This document shows positions 12,721-23,865 of a stretch of 64,000 nt of DNA, in pieces; position 1 is the first letter of the stretch, and the number at the start of each line of letters is the position of its first letter. Both the position numbers and the translations under genes were made by a program. The stretch is taken from positions 15,376,001 to 15,440,000 of the forward strand of contig OZ024755.1 of assembly GCA_964016885.1 (NCBI GenBank), in the 5' to 3' direction. Source of the DNA: Eledone cirrhosa (lineage: Eukaryota). The notes beneath the pieces were generated by a model. That model had not been told where the DNA came from. It saw only the letters and a program-made list of their open reading frames with translations, and did not search any database.

Positions 12721-14252
12721 TCAGGCGATACTCGAGAGACTTCCAAGATTTCCTTCTCTAACAACGTATCTATGGTATCGATGTGTCTGAGAATACAAAT
12801 GCTACCTGTTAAGGTTATTTATTCGAAATTATGCTCAGATCTTATCATATAGATATAGTCCAATATACTATAATGCAGCTTAATAAAATCCTTCCAGTTA
12901 CCATATTCGTCAGATTTCATTTGATTAAACACGATTATGACAAACAAAGATGTCTTAAATGCATTTATAATTCTGCATTTATTATATATACATATATTCC
13001 ACAAGAGAAGCAGAAATATTGGTAATATTAGATATATATAATTTTATTTATTTAATTTATGAACCGCTGAAGAAACATCATAGCTACCTTGAATAATTAA
13101 TGTTTCATATACATAATATATATATATATATATATACAGAGATAGAGAGAGATTGATAGACAGATATATGCAAATATAAAATATATTTATATGTTTATGA
13201 ATACATACATACATACATACATACACATACATACATACATACATACATACATACATACATAAAACATGCATGCACACGCACATATATTACATTACGAATT
13301 ATTCTGGTGTCCAATCGAATCGACTAACCACAAAAGCTCTCTCCTTGTATTACAGTGAATATAAATTATTTTCATGAAATACAACTCGTATATACAGAAG
13401 ACACACATAAAATAAACCTAAAAACCTACTACTATTCATTCAAGTATACCTGAGAAGTGATAATATGTACTTTCCTTCCTTCTTTAGCGCATGTGTATGT
13501 CAGCTTGGAAGTCCTCGTTGAGGCATTGCTACATTTTTCTATTCAAACTATGTTGCTGTTCATTCGCTATAGTAGGCGGGGAAATCCTTCAGCTGACCTT
13601 TCACACAATTCTTTGTTATTTCTTGTCATATTCTTCAACGTTATATGTACTACAAGAGAACAACAGCAACAAAAACTCCGAAAGGTAGGTATAAAAAAAT
13701 AAACAGAAAGATAGACAGACGAAAAGAACTATCGAACGAACGAATAAACAAAAGAATAAAAGCCAGAAAGTAAAAATAAACAAAAAAAAGAATAAGGAAA
13801 AATCTGACAGAGAAATAAAATACACTAGAGAAATGAACGAAGGGAAATAACGACTCGACGCCATTGGTGCTGGTTGTATTTGTGGCAAACATTATTGATA
13901 AATTCGTGAAGATAGATTTCTATATATCACTTTTGTGATATCCACCTATCGCATTTTTTTCTTCTCGACTTTCAGTTTAGTTCTTATTATTTTTGCTGAT
14001 GAAGTTGTTTTTGTTTATTTTTTATAAGATTCAATGCTTTTATTATTATTATTATTATTATTATTGGTTGTCAGACAGTGAAGATGTGTTATTGTGAGCT
14101 CCGCAAGGGGAGACTTTATAATATTTGAGCCAAAAGGACCAAATATTATACGAACGTTTAAACTTCTTTGTATTTTATTTTTCTTTGAAAAAAAACACAA
14201 GCATGAGACATGCCCCGTACATTAAGCCTGCCGTATCGTGGCAGTGACTTAA

Positions 14253-15299
14253 GTGTTGAGAGGAAGGATGACACAACAAGCATCATTTTGGACACACACA
14301 AAAATAACAATTGAGAACACAATATGCAACGACAAAATTAGCAACAGCAACTGCAACAGCGACAACAAGAGCAACTTGAAGAAGAGGAAAAGTAGCAACA
14401 ACAATAACGACAATATCAGTGGAAACACCAACAAAGAAAACAAGAACACTTTCGCTGCTGAAGTAGCAGTCAAAAAGAGGAAACGTTGGGTCAGGTACAG
14501 AAGCATATTTAACAAAAACAAACGTGGTCCAAGTTAACCCTCACGGTAGAGGCCATAGTGGTGGTGGAGATGAGAACGGTGTTTCTTTAGATGCATTTCA
14601 GTGCAGACTGAAACAGCGACCATCACTCCCCAAGCAGAAGTCGAAGCTTCGCTGAGGTGCATCAAAGTTGACACCGAATACATCGCGTGTGATAGACAAT
14701 ACAGCACCATCTCAGAGCTGTTTACGTCAGAGGCCCTCACTGTGAAATACTCGGTGATCCCTTGCAAACTCAGCAATGTTATCATGTACCCCTCCCACGT
14801 CGGAAAAAGAACTGAAAACGTCCGCATTCCCAGTATTAAACCACGACTAGACTTGCGGTGGTTCCTGGAATGCCTGATTGTGGAAGGGACAGAAGCTGTA
14901 CCAATCGCGGCGACCAGAAACGCCAAGGTGAACTAGACCGGTGTTGACACGGAGATACTTCTCCAGATTATGCCTTAGCACCTCAGAAAATTCGCGGACC
15001 ACATCCATCCCCAAAACGGGACGGCTATACATATAATGACGCAGAGTAAAAGGCTGCACTGTTTCGTCTGCGGCGAAACAACACAATTGCGAACCTTCTG
15101 CCCTCAGCTCAAGAATGCAAGGGATCGTAAGCCTCCATTGCTGCCAACGCTGGGGTGGGGACCACCACCAAGACCGGCAACACCACCAGCGGAAAAGCCA
15201 CCCAGGGGGAAAACGAGGAAAGCTCTCCCATTCCCCCTCCCACACAACAACACCACCACCACCACCTCTACCACAATCCCCCATACACAGGAGCATTGA
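14253..15299 (+). pseudogene. Decayed gag-like/ORF1 of a non-LTR retrotransposon with a degenerate CCHC zinc knuckle
   Basis: ORFs 14253-14537, 14601-14936 and 15036-15299 are all in one frame, separated by stops. They contain CFVCGETTQLRTFC (CX2CX4HX4C with H to Q) followed by a Pro/Thr-rich tail. Confidence 0.65.
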
Positions 15300-15751
15300 A
15301 CTACGGAACGAATGATAGAAAATTGTACCCCTTAAAGATTCTGCCATAATGCGCCCATCTTCTTAGAAGACAAGCATTCTGAACGTTGTTACACGGCTAC
15401 AGCAGCTTCAAGGAATTGAAGTATTTTAGTTGGGAAGAGAAGAAAGTAAAACATGATTCAAATAACAACAGAGTGTATCTGAAACACGACTAACAAAAGT
15501 GTAACAACCTTCTTTCAATGTTATCTTTAATATTGCTATTAGCTTTCAGTTACTTTTAATGTTTCATTTTTATTTCTGTCTAATATATGCCTTCTGTCTA
15601 ATGTTGCTATACGCAACATAAGGAACAATATAGATACATTTTCACCACACACACGGTAAATATGTAACTGTTGATGACAACATTAATATCCATGTATCTA
15701 TATGATTGTTCAATTCAATAGGAAGTTAATTATATGTTAAAACTTTGGTAG

Positions 15752-15798
15752 TGCTCCGATGAAACCAAACAAAAGTTTGGAAGAAACAATTGTCAGCA
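15752..15798 (+). ncRNA. Minimal type I hammerhead ribozyme variant (U4C; GUC cleavage after 15794), family 2
   Basis: Stem I tgct/agca (extends through aaaact/agtttt); CCGATGA; stem II ccaaac-aaaa-gtttgg; GAAA; palindromic ac-aatt-gt; GTC. About 25 bp later the sequence runs into (TA)n. Confidence 0.65.
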
Positions 15799-15817
15799 TA
15801 GTTTTGATTATTGTGTA

Positions 15818-15855
<38 letters not shown>

Positions 15856-15857
<2 letters not shown>

Positions 15858-16555
15858 AAAAGAATGAAACGAAATTTCATTTCTCACTCTTAGTACGGCT
15901 GATACCTAAATATAAGTATGTATACGTACATACATATATGTGTACAGACGTACAGTAGTATGTATGTATATATATATATATACATACATGCACATATATA
16001 TATATATATATACATACATACACATATATATATATGTACGTATGGGTTTACGGAACATTTATTATAATGTTCGGTTTGTTTGTAAACAAACAGCCCGAAT
16101 TACGCCGAACACTGTACTGCGTAATTCGGGCTGTTTGTTTACAAACAAGCCGAACATTATAATAAATGTTAGGTAAACCCATAGAGAGAGAGAGAGAGAT
16201 GTGTGCATGCATATATATACATACTACTGTACGTCCGTACACATATATGTCTGTCCGTATACATACTTATATTTAGGTATCAGCCGTACTAAGAGTGAGA
16301 AATGAAATTTCGTTTCATTCTTTTCCATATATCGTTTTCGGTACACCCGGCCGACTAACTCACTCGATATGCAAATTATGCTGCTCAGCCGTTAATATGC
16401 ATAAAGAAATTATATACTTTCAAACGTTCAATCATCTGACAGAAAGGTATACGATGCTGAGGATAGCTATTAAGCTTCAAACTAGTCCATCGTTCCTGTG
16501 TCAGTGTTGAACAAAAGGGCGACGATGGTTGCCGAAGACTGTACGGCCTAATTCG
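15856..16555 (+). mobile_element. Second copy of the hammerhead element, arranged inverted-A / A / B / start of A
   Basis: 15856-16104 is the reverse complement of 16119-16326, apart from microsatellite length differences. 16331-16525 aligns with 11748-11939. Confidence 0.8.
16451..16493 (+). ncRNA. Hammerhead ribozyme, family 1 copy 2 (GAAA changed to CAAA, probably inactive)
   Basis: Perfect stem I acgatg/catcgt; CTGAGGA; stem II agct/agct; CAAA; ac-ta-gt; GTC. Confidence 0.65.
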
Positions 16556-16559
16556 TTGC

Positions 16560-16820
16560 CAAACACCTATTACATAACTACAAGGCCCCGGACTGATTCT
16601 TTGTAATGTTATTTTATTTTCAACCTAAAAACTTTTCGGACTTTCGCAGTTATCTCCCTTACACCTCTCGCACGCAGTCTAGTATTGCCTGTGTGAAGTG
16701 ACCGGGTTCTGCGCATGCGCGTTCGTACGGTTGTCCTTCCATGCCCATCCCGAGCTGAAGATCCGCTAAGGTGAAACAATTGTTCTCGGTATGGTGAACT
16801 AACTGTCGTGTAACCACTTC
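16560..16820 (+). mobile_element. PLE pseudo-LTR-like fragment (family 3), left boundary approximate
   Basis: The last ~70 bp (ctgaagatccgctaaggtgaaacaattg...tgtaaccacttcta) recur at 37566-37638. Ends at (TA)n and contains a hammerhead. Confidence 0.6.
16745..16794 (+). ncRNA. Minimal type I hammerhead ribozyme (GUU triplet, cleavage after 16784), family 3
   Basis: Stem I ccat-c-ccgag/ctcgg-t-atgg; CTGAAGA; short stem II cc-gctaa-gg; GAAA; palindromic ac-aatt-gt; GTT. Confidence 0.65.
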
Positions 16821-17323
16821 TATATATATATTAAAATAACCGATTAAAGTTTAAGCAAAGAATCACTGCTTTCACCCTTGACGGGATCTTCTGAAACTAA
16901 AAAAATCAATCTGTGAACGCAGAAGTAAATATTTTGAAAAACGTTGCGACCAAAGGAAAACAGGAAGACGATACTTTGGTTCGTGAAGACGTTCCCTGCC
17001 AATGAACGGAAAGAAGCTAAGATAATACATCGTTATGTGGAGCGATGAGGACAATTACACGCAAAGACAAAACCACGTTTATGGTATAAATGAAGTCGTA
17101 GACTAGTATTCTATTGAGGAAGTCGAATGATTCTCGGCTTCAGAGTTAATAATAATGTAAATAAATTAGTAGAACGAAATGACAGAGGTTATTGAAATCA
17201 ACAATAATTAAATAAATACATACACGCATCCATATACGTACATACACATGCATACGCGAAAACACCCGCCATGGTATGCATATACCTTGTTGAGTCGATA
17301 AAAGACATTCTGAATATACGCAC

Positions 17324-17364
<41 letters not shown>

Positions 17365-17366
<2 letters not shown>

Positions 17367-18263
17367 AGCAGTGGTACCCGGCGTTGCACGGGATAAGGTA
17401 TTTTGGAACGCGGGCTGCCAACAGACCTACTGCATGCCTCGACAATATGTAAAGAAAATAAACCAAATACTCTGATGGCTGGATAATCTTTCAGATTTTC
17501 CTCGATGAAGCAGGAAAAATGCAGGTTTTCACCTAATGCGGGCCCAAGGGGATCAAGAAAATGAATCTTTTTTTATGTGCATAATATGCCTTGAAATTTC
17601 GGGAAAATCGGCTAGACGAAACGCCTCAAAAAAGCCCTGAAAAGCTGAAAAGATGAAGTTATTCACCTAATACGGACCCTAGGCCATAACAAGTTGGATT
17701 TTTTTTGCTCACAGTATGAAGAAGAGACTGACTAATACATAGTTACAATTTCAAGGAAATCAGTCTGACGTAACGCCTAAAATAAAACCTAAAAACCTGA
17801 AAAACACAGTTTTTCACCTAATGCGGGCCCTAGGGGACAAAAAAGTTGAATTTCTTTATGTGCATAACTATCCCTGAAACATAAGTAATACACATGTAAA
17901 GTTTGAAAACCGTCGGTTGGGTACTTCGAGATTTAGTGATTCAAACTCACACATACACACACAGACAGACAGACATCCTCAGGGAAGTGACGCAAGCAGA
18001 CAGTCAGACATACAGACAGATATTATAAGGGCGCGACGTTATATGTATGTATCTATCTAAAAAGAGAAAGACGAAGAATTATAGAGAGAGATCGCTAAAT
18101 CGCCTAATGCGGTCCCTAGGGCAATGAAAGTTTGAATTTCCTTTTACTCAGAACACTCCCTGAAACATAAGTATTTCATGTGTAAATTTTGAAAACAGTC
18201 GGTTGAGTTTCTCGAGTTTTAGGGATTCCAAATCACACACACACAGACAGACATCATCAGTTT

Positions 18264-18270
<7 letters not shown>
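17365..18270 (-). mobile_element. Non-autonomous Helitron-like element with internal ~140-150 bp tandem repeats
   Basis: Minus-strand 3' end CTGG|T fits CTRR, with a subterminal hairpin cccg...cggg at 17377-17392. The opposite end has (acag)n and ttttatatatat. Repeats starting cacctaatgcgg are at 17530, 17664, 17815 and 18101. The 5' TC is not seen. Confidence 0.65.
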
Positions 18271-18296
<26 letters not shown>

Positions 18297-18850
18297 CCAT
18301 AACCATATACACATTCTATCTTCTGATTTCTATAATTTTTCTCCTGCAAAGATTATCCAGAATTATTTTCAGAACTAGATTTTCTGTCTGGTATAATTCC
18401 AAATATATCTTCAGATTCTTCGCCAGTATTTTAAGACATTTGGCCACACCACTTCTTCTGTTAATTGATATTGATATAGACGATCAATATTGATCTATCG
18501 ATCATCATATCGATAAGAATTTATATGCGAATGGTATGTGTGCGAGTGAGTAAAGATTCTTTCAGGCTTGTTACACTATAAATATGTTTTGAAATTTGAA
18601 TGTGTTTGCAGCCTATTCCCTCGTGTATGTATATGAGTGAGTGTGTTCACGGAGGGAGTAGTTGTAGTATGTGTTTGTATAGGTGTGCATCGGTTTGTGC
18701 GTGTACGCAAATATGACTAAGCAAACGATTGCGTAGTTTTATACCGTGGTTGAAATCTATAAGTAACTGAGGGCCTCAGACTGTCTACGTTATACTAATA
18801 TATATTTACACACACAAACTCATATGTGTGTGTGTATATATATATATATA

Positions 18851-19350
18851 TGATGGCTGCAATATTGATACCTTAGCCACGGCCGTTGCTTTTTAGTCAT
18901 GTTAGGAACATTCCTATAGCCAGCAATTCCATGCACCGCAAAACCTTTCACATACCAAGCGATGCTTGTGCTTGATAGTTTTTTAGTGAGGAAAGGCTTT
19001 GCACGGGGCCAATTCCTCTCTCTGAACATCGAATGTATTTGCCCAAAAAGACGAACTGGTCTACATCATTGGATGCAAACAAAGTTTTACATCAGAGTGA
19101 CCTTCTCCTAGAGAGATGTCTTAATGAAGACTAGGGGTCCCTCACTCAAACAAAAAGAAAACTTTACTGGATGGATGTTGACACTCCTGAGTTCCTCCGC
19201 CATTTGACGGGTTTTGTTTTTCATCCCGTAAGGTGTCATAAATCCTCCTCCTCACAAAGCAGTCTTGGTGGGGTTGCCGGTTTAGTTGCCTACCATGCAC
19301 AGGTTGTACTGGGTTACATGTTACCAGTAGAGCTAAAGAGCGACCTGACA
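18851..19350. mobile_element. Unclassified 500-bp non-coding element with TG...CA ends next to (TA)n
   Basis: Ends tgatggctgc...gacctgaca match 49848-50456. Internal blocks ccttctcctag, ttttgttttt and caggttgtactggg are shared. Confidence 0.7.
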
Positions 19351-21639
19351 TTATATATACACACATTTGTTAACGAAGCTATCAGAAGAAGGTCTATTCA
19401 CTCAATAAGATACCAGATTTGAACGTGAGGACGTATGAATAGTTGAGTAATGTTCAGAAACATATACCGCTGACATAATTCCCTAACCTAACCATTGTGT
19501 TAAAATATGTGACGTGTGGCTGACCGTTGAATTACAGGGAAAATCGTTTCGATGTATTTGCACACACTTTCTTCCTATCAAGTTTCACACACATAACTTG
19601 CCCCCCGAAGTTATGGCAATTTCACATGTACAAGATGGTACGCGGTGGAATTTTACGCAGTTACCTAGTTCCACTCACTTGGTTTGAATCGCCCTAAAGG
19701 TATGGTTAATATACCTCTACAAGATCCCATGTAGTGGAATTGTACCCAGAATTGCGAAGCGAATTTCTTCAACGCTCAAGTACGTAAACATCTACTGCAA
19801 AATAAAAGAAAGACGTGGTGGTGAATAGGCAAGAATCACAAAGAATCAATCCATAACTCAATAAATCCCATCCTAGAAATCTTATATCCACCATTCAGGC
19901 TTATAAGGCAGCTACAAACGGCCCTGCCTCAAGATGTCACGCAGTCGGGGAGAACCCAGGATCACATAATTCTGAAATACCCTTCTTATTCTTTCAGGCC
20001 GGCTGAGCCGTATTTTGTATATACTATTGATAGCAACATGTTACTAATACTTCTGTAGAGTACATGCATATACTTTCGTTGAGGAAGATTCATGTGTATT
20101 GAAAACTAGTCAGAGTGATGCCATGTTTTTCTGACCGCACACATATAACACTCTGCTATAATAAATTACTTTCCTTTTCATAGAGAGAGTAATGCTGTAT
20201 GTATACTAAAAATAAATTCAACACAGAGATAATAAAGTTGTTTATATACATACATACATACATACAATCATACATACATACATACATATGTACACACACA
20301 CATATACACACACCAACACATATATATATATATATATATTCTTTCTTGCATATTTTTATGTGTATGCTAGCAGATATCTTTCGTGATATTCATAGCCTTT
20401 TTATGCATATTTATTTAATATATTTGCGTGTGTGTGCGGATGTGTGTCTGCGCGCGTGAGATATATATATATATAAACAAATATATACGTATATGTCCAT
20501 ATGTGCATATCAATGAATGGATCATGAACAAATATAAGAATATTTTTGTATATATAATATAATACGAGGTGTATATCTCTTCTTATTGCAGAATATGCAC
20601 ATGTTTAAATGTGCATATAGCTGTATGTGTTGAATTACTTTTATGTTTGTTTTTGTGTATGTATACATATATATAGTGAGTGTGTTTGTGTGTGCGTGCT
20701 TGTGTGTGTGTGCACGAGTGTGTTTAGATATATCAATACATTTATTCGTAGCTACTTATCATTTCAACGTTGCCGTCGAATCTACATCTTCGCCTACAAC
20801 AACGCCATTTTTAAAATGAAAATCATTTATCATTTCCTGAAGGTATTTTTATATAATTCTAAAACAGGCCATCTTGAAAATGGAATTTAAAAAATACAAC
20901 CGAAAATAATAATAGAAAATCAAAATGGTTCTTGTCAATTTGCCGAATGTGGAACTTAATAATGACTACCCCAAGGGTAAAGCTAAAGCACAGCTATTCC
21001 CCGTAGATTACTCACTGAAAACAGTAGTTAAATTACCAACAGTGACACGTACATAAAAGGCACAGCCTAGAAGACAGATTAGAGCCGACTGTGTTGTGGA
21101 AAAAAGTAACTCGGCGATATTTTAAGCAATCACCTTCTAGACATTTATAACATGTAGTAACATGGAAGTGTGTGTGTGTATATATGGATGTATGAATATA
21201 TGCATGTATGCATATATACAATATGAACATAGACACTCACACACATTTATTTTTTAAAACACACGCAGATACATTACACACACATATATATATATATATA
21301 TATATTTATATATGCATTTGTGTTTGTGTGTGTGTGTGTATATATGTGTGTGCGCGCGCGAACAAGACCATAATTAATGTGTATCAATACAATTGTTAGG
21401 AAAACTATGCAGAGCACGCCTGTAGACGCCTGCAAGTTGTCGAATCCCGACTCTCTAGTGTATGTCTTTGTTGTGACATTCCGGGACCTTAATAAATGTG
21501 GCTTCTCACGAGGATAAAGTTCTTAAGCACTACCTGTTTCTTTTGGATACCTCGCTAAATTTCCTGTGTGTTAATTTATATTATAATTATGTGGAACTAA
21601 TCCGTCATCATTTGCGACACTAGCCCCATTATTTTTGTG

Positions 21640-21795
21640 CCTTCTGTAGACAAGGTTGACCTTTGAATTACGAATATAAGTCATTTCTGCCACATGAGTG
21701 GATTGGACGGACAGAACGCACAGCCGTTGCTGGCAATCGGGCTCACACTCTTACGACCGTGTGCCCAATACAATAACTACAAAGTCACATGCTTT
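21640..21795 (-). mobile_element. SINE family B, degenerate
   Basis: caaggttgacctttgaattac...gagtggattgga...aatcgggctcac resembles the family B core on the minus strand. Confidence 0.5.
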
Positions 21796-23184
21796 GTCGA
21801 CCATATAATTGAGGAAGAGTAAAACTAACGATGACAAGAAATTGTACAGAGTACAGACTGAGTTTTGTGAATAAATACTACAAATCTTTTTGCTGAAAAT
21901 AACAACAGATATTGAAACATTAACAGTGATTTGTACCTATTAAATGTGTTTTCTATTAAATCCTCTTATCTCTAACATAATTCCATTGCTATATATTGTA
22001 TCGATCAGGGAAGAATGTAAGGACTGATTTGAACGAAGAACGAAAGTAAATTCTAAGTAAATTGTATTAAACAATTTGCTCGGTACTCCTCCGATTCTAC
22101 CAACGTCAAACAAGAGCAAAATTATATGTGCCTATGTGATATCCGCTAGAAAAGCCTGTACCAATTTAACATTTATTAAAAAATATGACACCAAAACTTC
22201 TATCCTGTATATATGTATAAGATGTAGAACGCATTCGGTCGTATTGCAGGTCAATCAGAACATACTTGCGATGAAATAAGCAACAACAACAACAATAATA
22301 ATATTAATAGTAATAATACCCATGTAGAGCCCACAACTGTAAAGTTATATTCAGCCGTTGACAGAAGCACCGGGAGAAAAAAAAAATCGAAGATATTTTG
22401 GAATGGAAGTTTTCATCAATACGATCCAACAATAGACAAACAATAATGATTTTCACTGCAAGAACAGTGAATACAGAAATAAAACAAAAGACATTAAAAA
22501 AGTAAGAGACAACAACAAAAATAAATTATACATATTAAATATCGCAGATATTTTCTCTTGGGATGAAAATAAAATCACAATAATGTAAGTTTCTTTATAT
22601 ACTGCATTGCTCATGTTCTATTTAAAATGGAAGAAGCACAGCCTGTTCATCTCCTCGGCAGGAAATAGACATTCGATTACAAAAAGCTATTTTCTGAATT
22701 ACCCAATTTAGTTCAAGCATGTTAAGTATAGAGTAATATGGCGGCCAATGATCTGCAGATAGTAATAAAAACTTGCAGAAAATTCCCTCTATAACTTGTT
22801 GATAAGAAGTGATATCAGAGTCAGCGTGTGATTATCTACAATGGTGTAATCTCCCTAGAGATGTCCAAACACTTCTAGCTTAACTATAAAATACTATCTA
22901 GAATGTTTTGTTTGCTTACTCTTTTCCAAATTCGTATTTGATATTCAGAAATCGTCTAATTGATAACAATGTGAAGAATATCGTTTTGTGATAAACCCAT
23001 GTTAAATGCCAAAAAGAAAAAGAAAAATTGATAGAAAGAGGAAAAGAGATAGACATACATTGTTAGAGATACCAACGTATGCACAGGCAATACCATACAC
23101 GCCTACACAAATTATATGTAGATATATACACAATCACACATATGTGTTTGTGAGAAGGTATATAAACACACACACACATATATA

Positions 23185-23350
23185 TAATATAGAAAAGGAT
23201 TCTACAGGACTAGAACTCTTTCATTCGGGAGCCCGAATGAAACAGTTCTAGTCCTATAGAAGCCTTTTCTATATTAGATATTTATACTCTGCTTTGTATT
23301 GAGTATCTTACTTACTGTGGTTGCCCCCGATTGAACCCGGGATAAACTTT
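23185..23350 (+). mobile_element. Fold-back (45-bp arms) plus short tail; probable 5'-inverted PLE-type terminus
   Basis: Arms 23185-23229 and 23232-23276 with 3 mismatches and a 2-nt loop. The tail ttactgtggttgcccccgattgaacccgggata recurs at ~30332-30363, and an arm piece recurs at ~30549-30570. Confidence 0.6.
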
Positions 23351-23384
23351 ATATATATATACAACACACAAAAATTGAGTGAAA

Positions 23385-23515
23385 GTCGGGAAATCATGTT
23401 GCCACGCTCCTAGTTTTCCAACTACCTTTAGATCACACAATTTCTGAGATAACGTTCTACGAATAACCTTATCAAAAGTCTTTCCAAATTCGAAATCTAA
23501 TATATCCATATTTGG
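23385..23515 (-). pseudogene. CR1/L2-type LINE RT fragment
   Basis: MDILDFEFGKTFDKVIRRTLSQKLCDLKVVGKLGAWQHDF resembles the decayed D-F-x-K-A-F-D-K-V...KL...G...W..DFL block of LINE RTs. Confidence 0.7.
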
Positions 23516-23811
23516 ATTTCTTAAAATAAAATTATGAAGTTGCTGAAGCTAATGAAGCCCACTAAATGAAAATATTAATAGCGAGGGGAGTCAACCACGG
23601 AGTTGTTTTAGGGCCACTTTATAGTGACTATAACAAGATACACACGGCAGTGTGCTATCCAAGAATCTGTTACAATATGGCATAACGAAAATTTTGAAAA
23701 TCATGAAATTTTTAAAACCAGTATAGTTATTATTAGAAATAAACCTTCTTAAAAATTCAAATGGCATTTTCTTTTCCCTATATATATATAGGGAAAATGG
23801 CATTTTCTTTT

Positions 23812-23865
<54 letters not shown>

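Noticed and set aside
21394-21620. Possible solo LTR (starts TG, contains AATAAA)
   Set aside because: No convincing CA end or target-site duplication, and no second copy.
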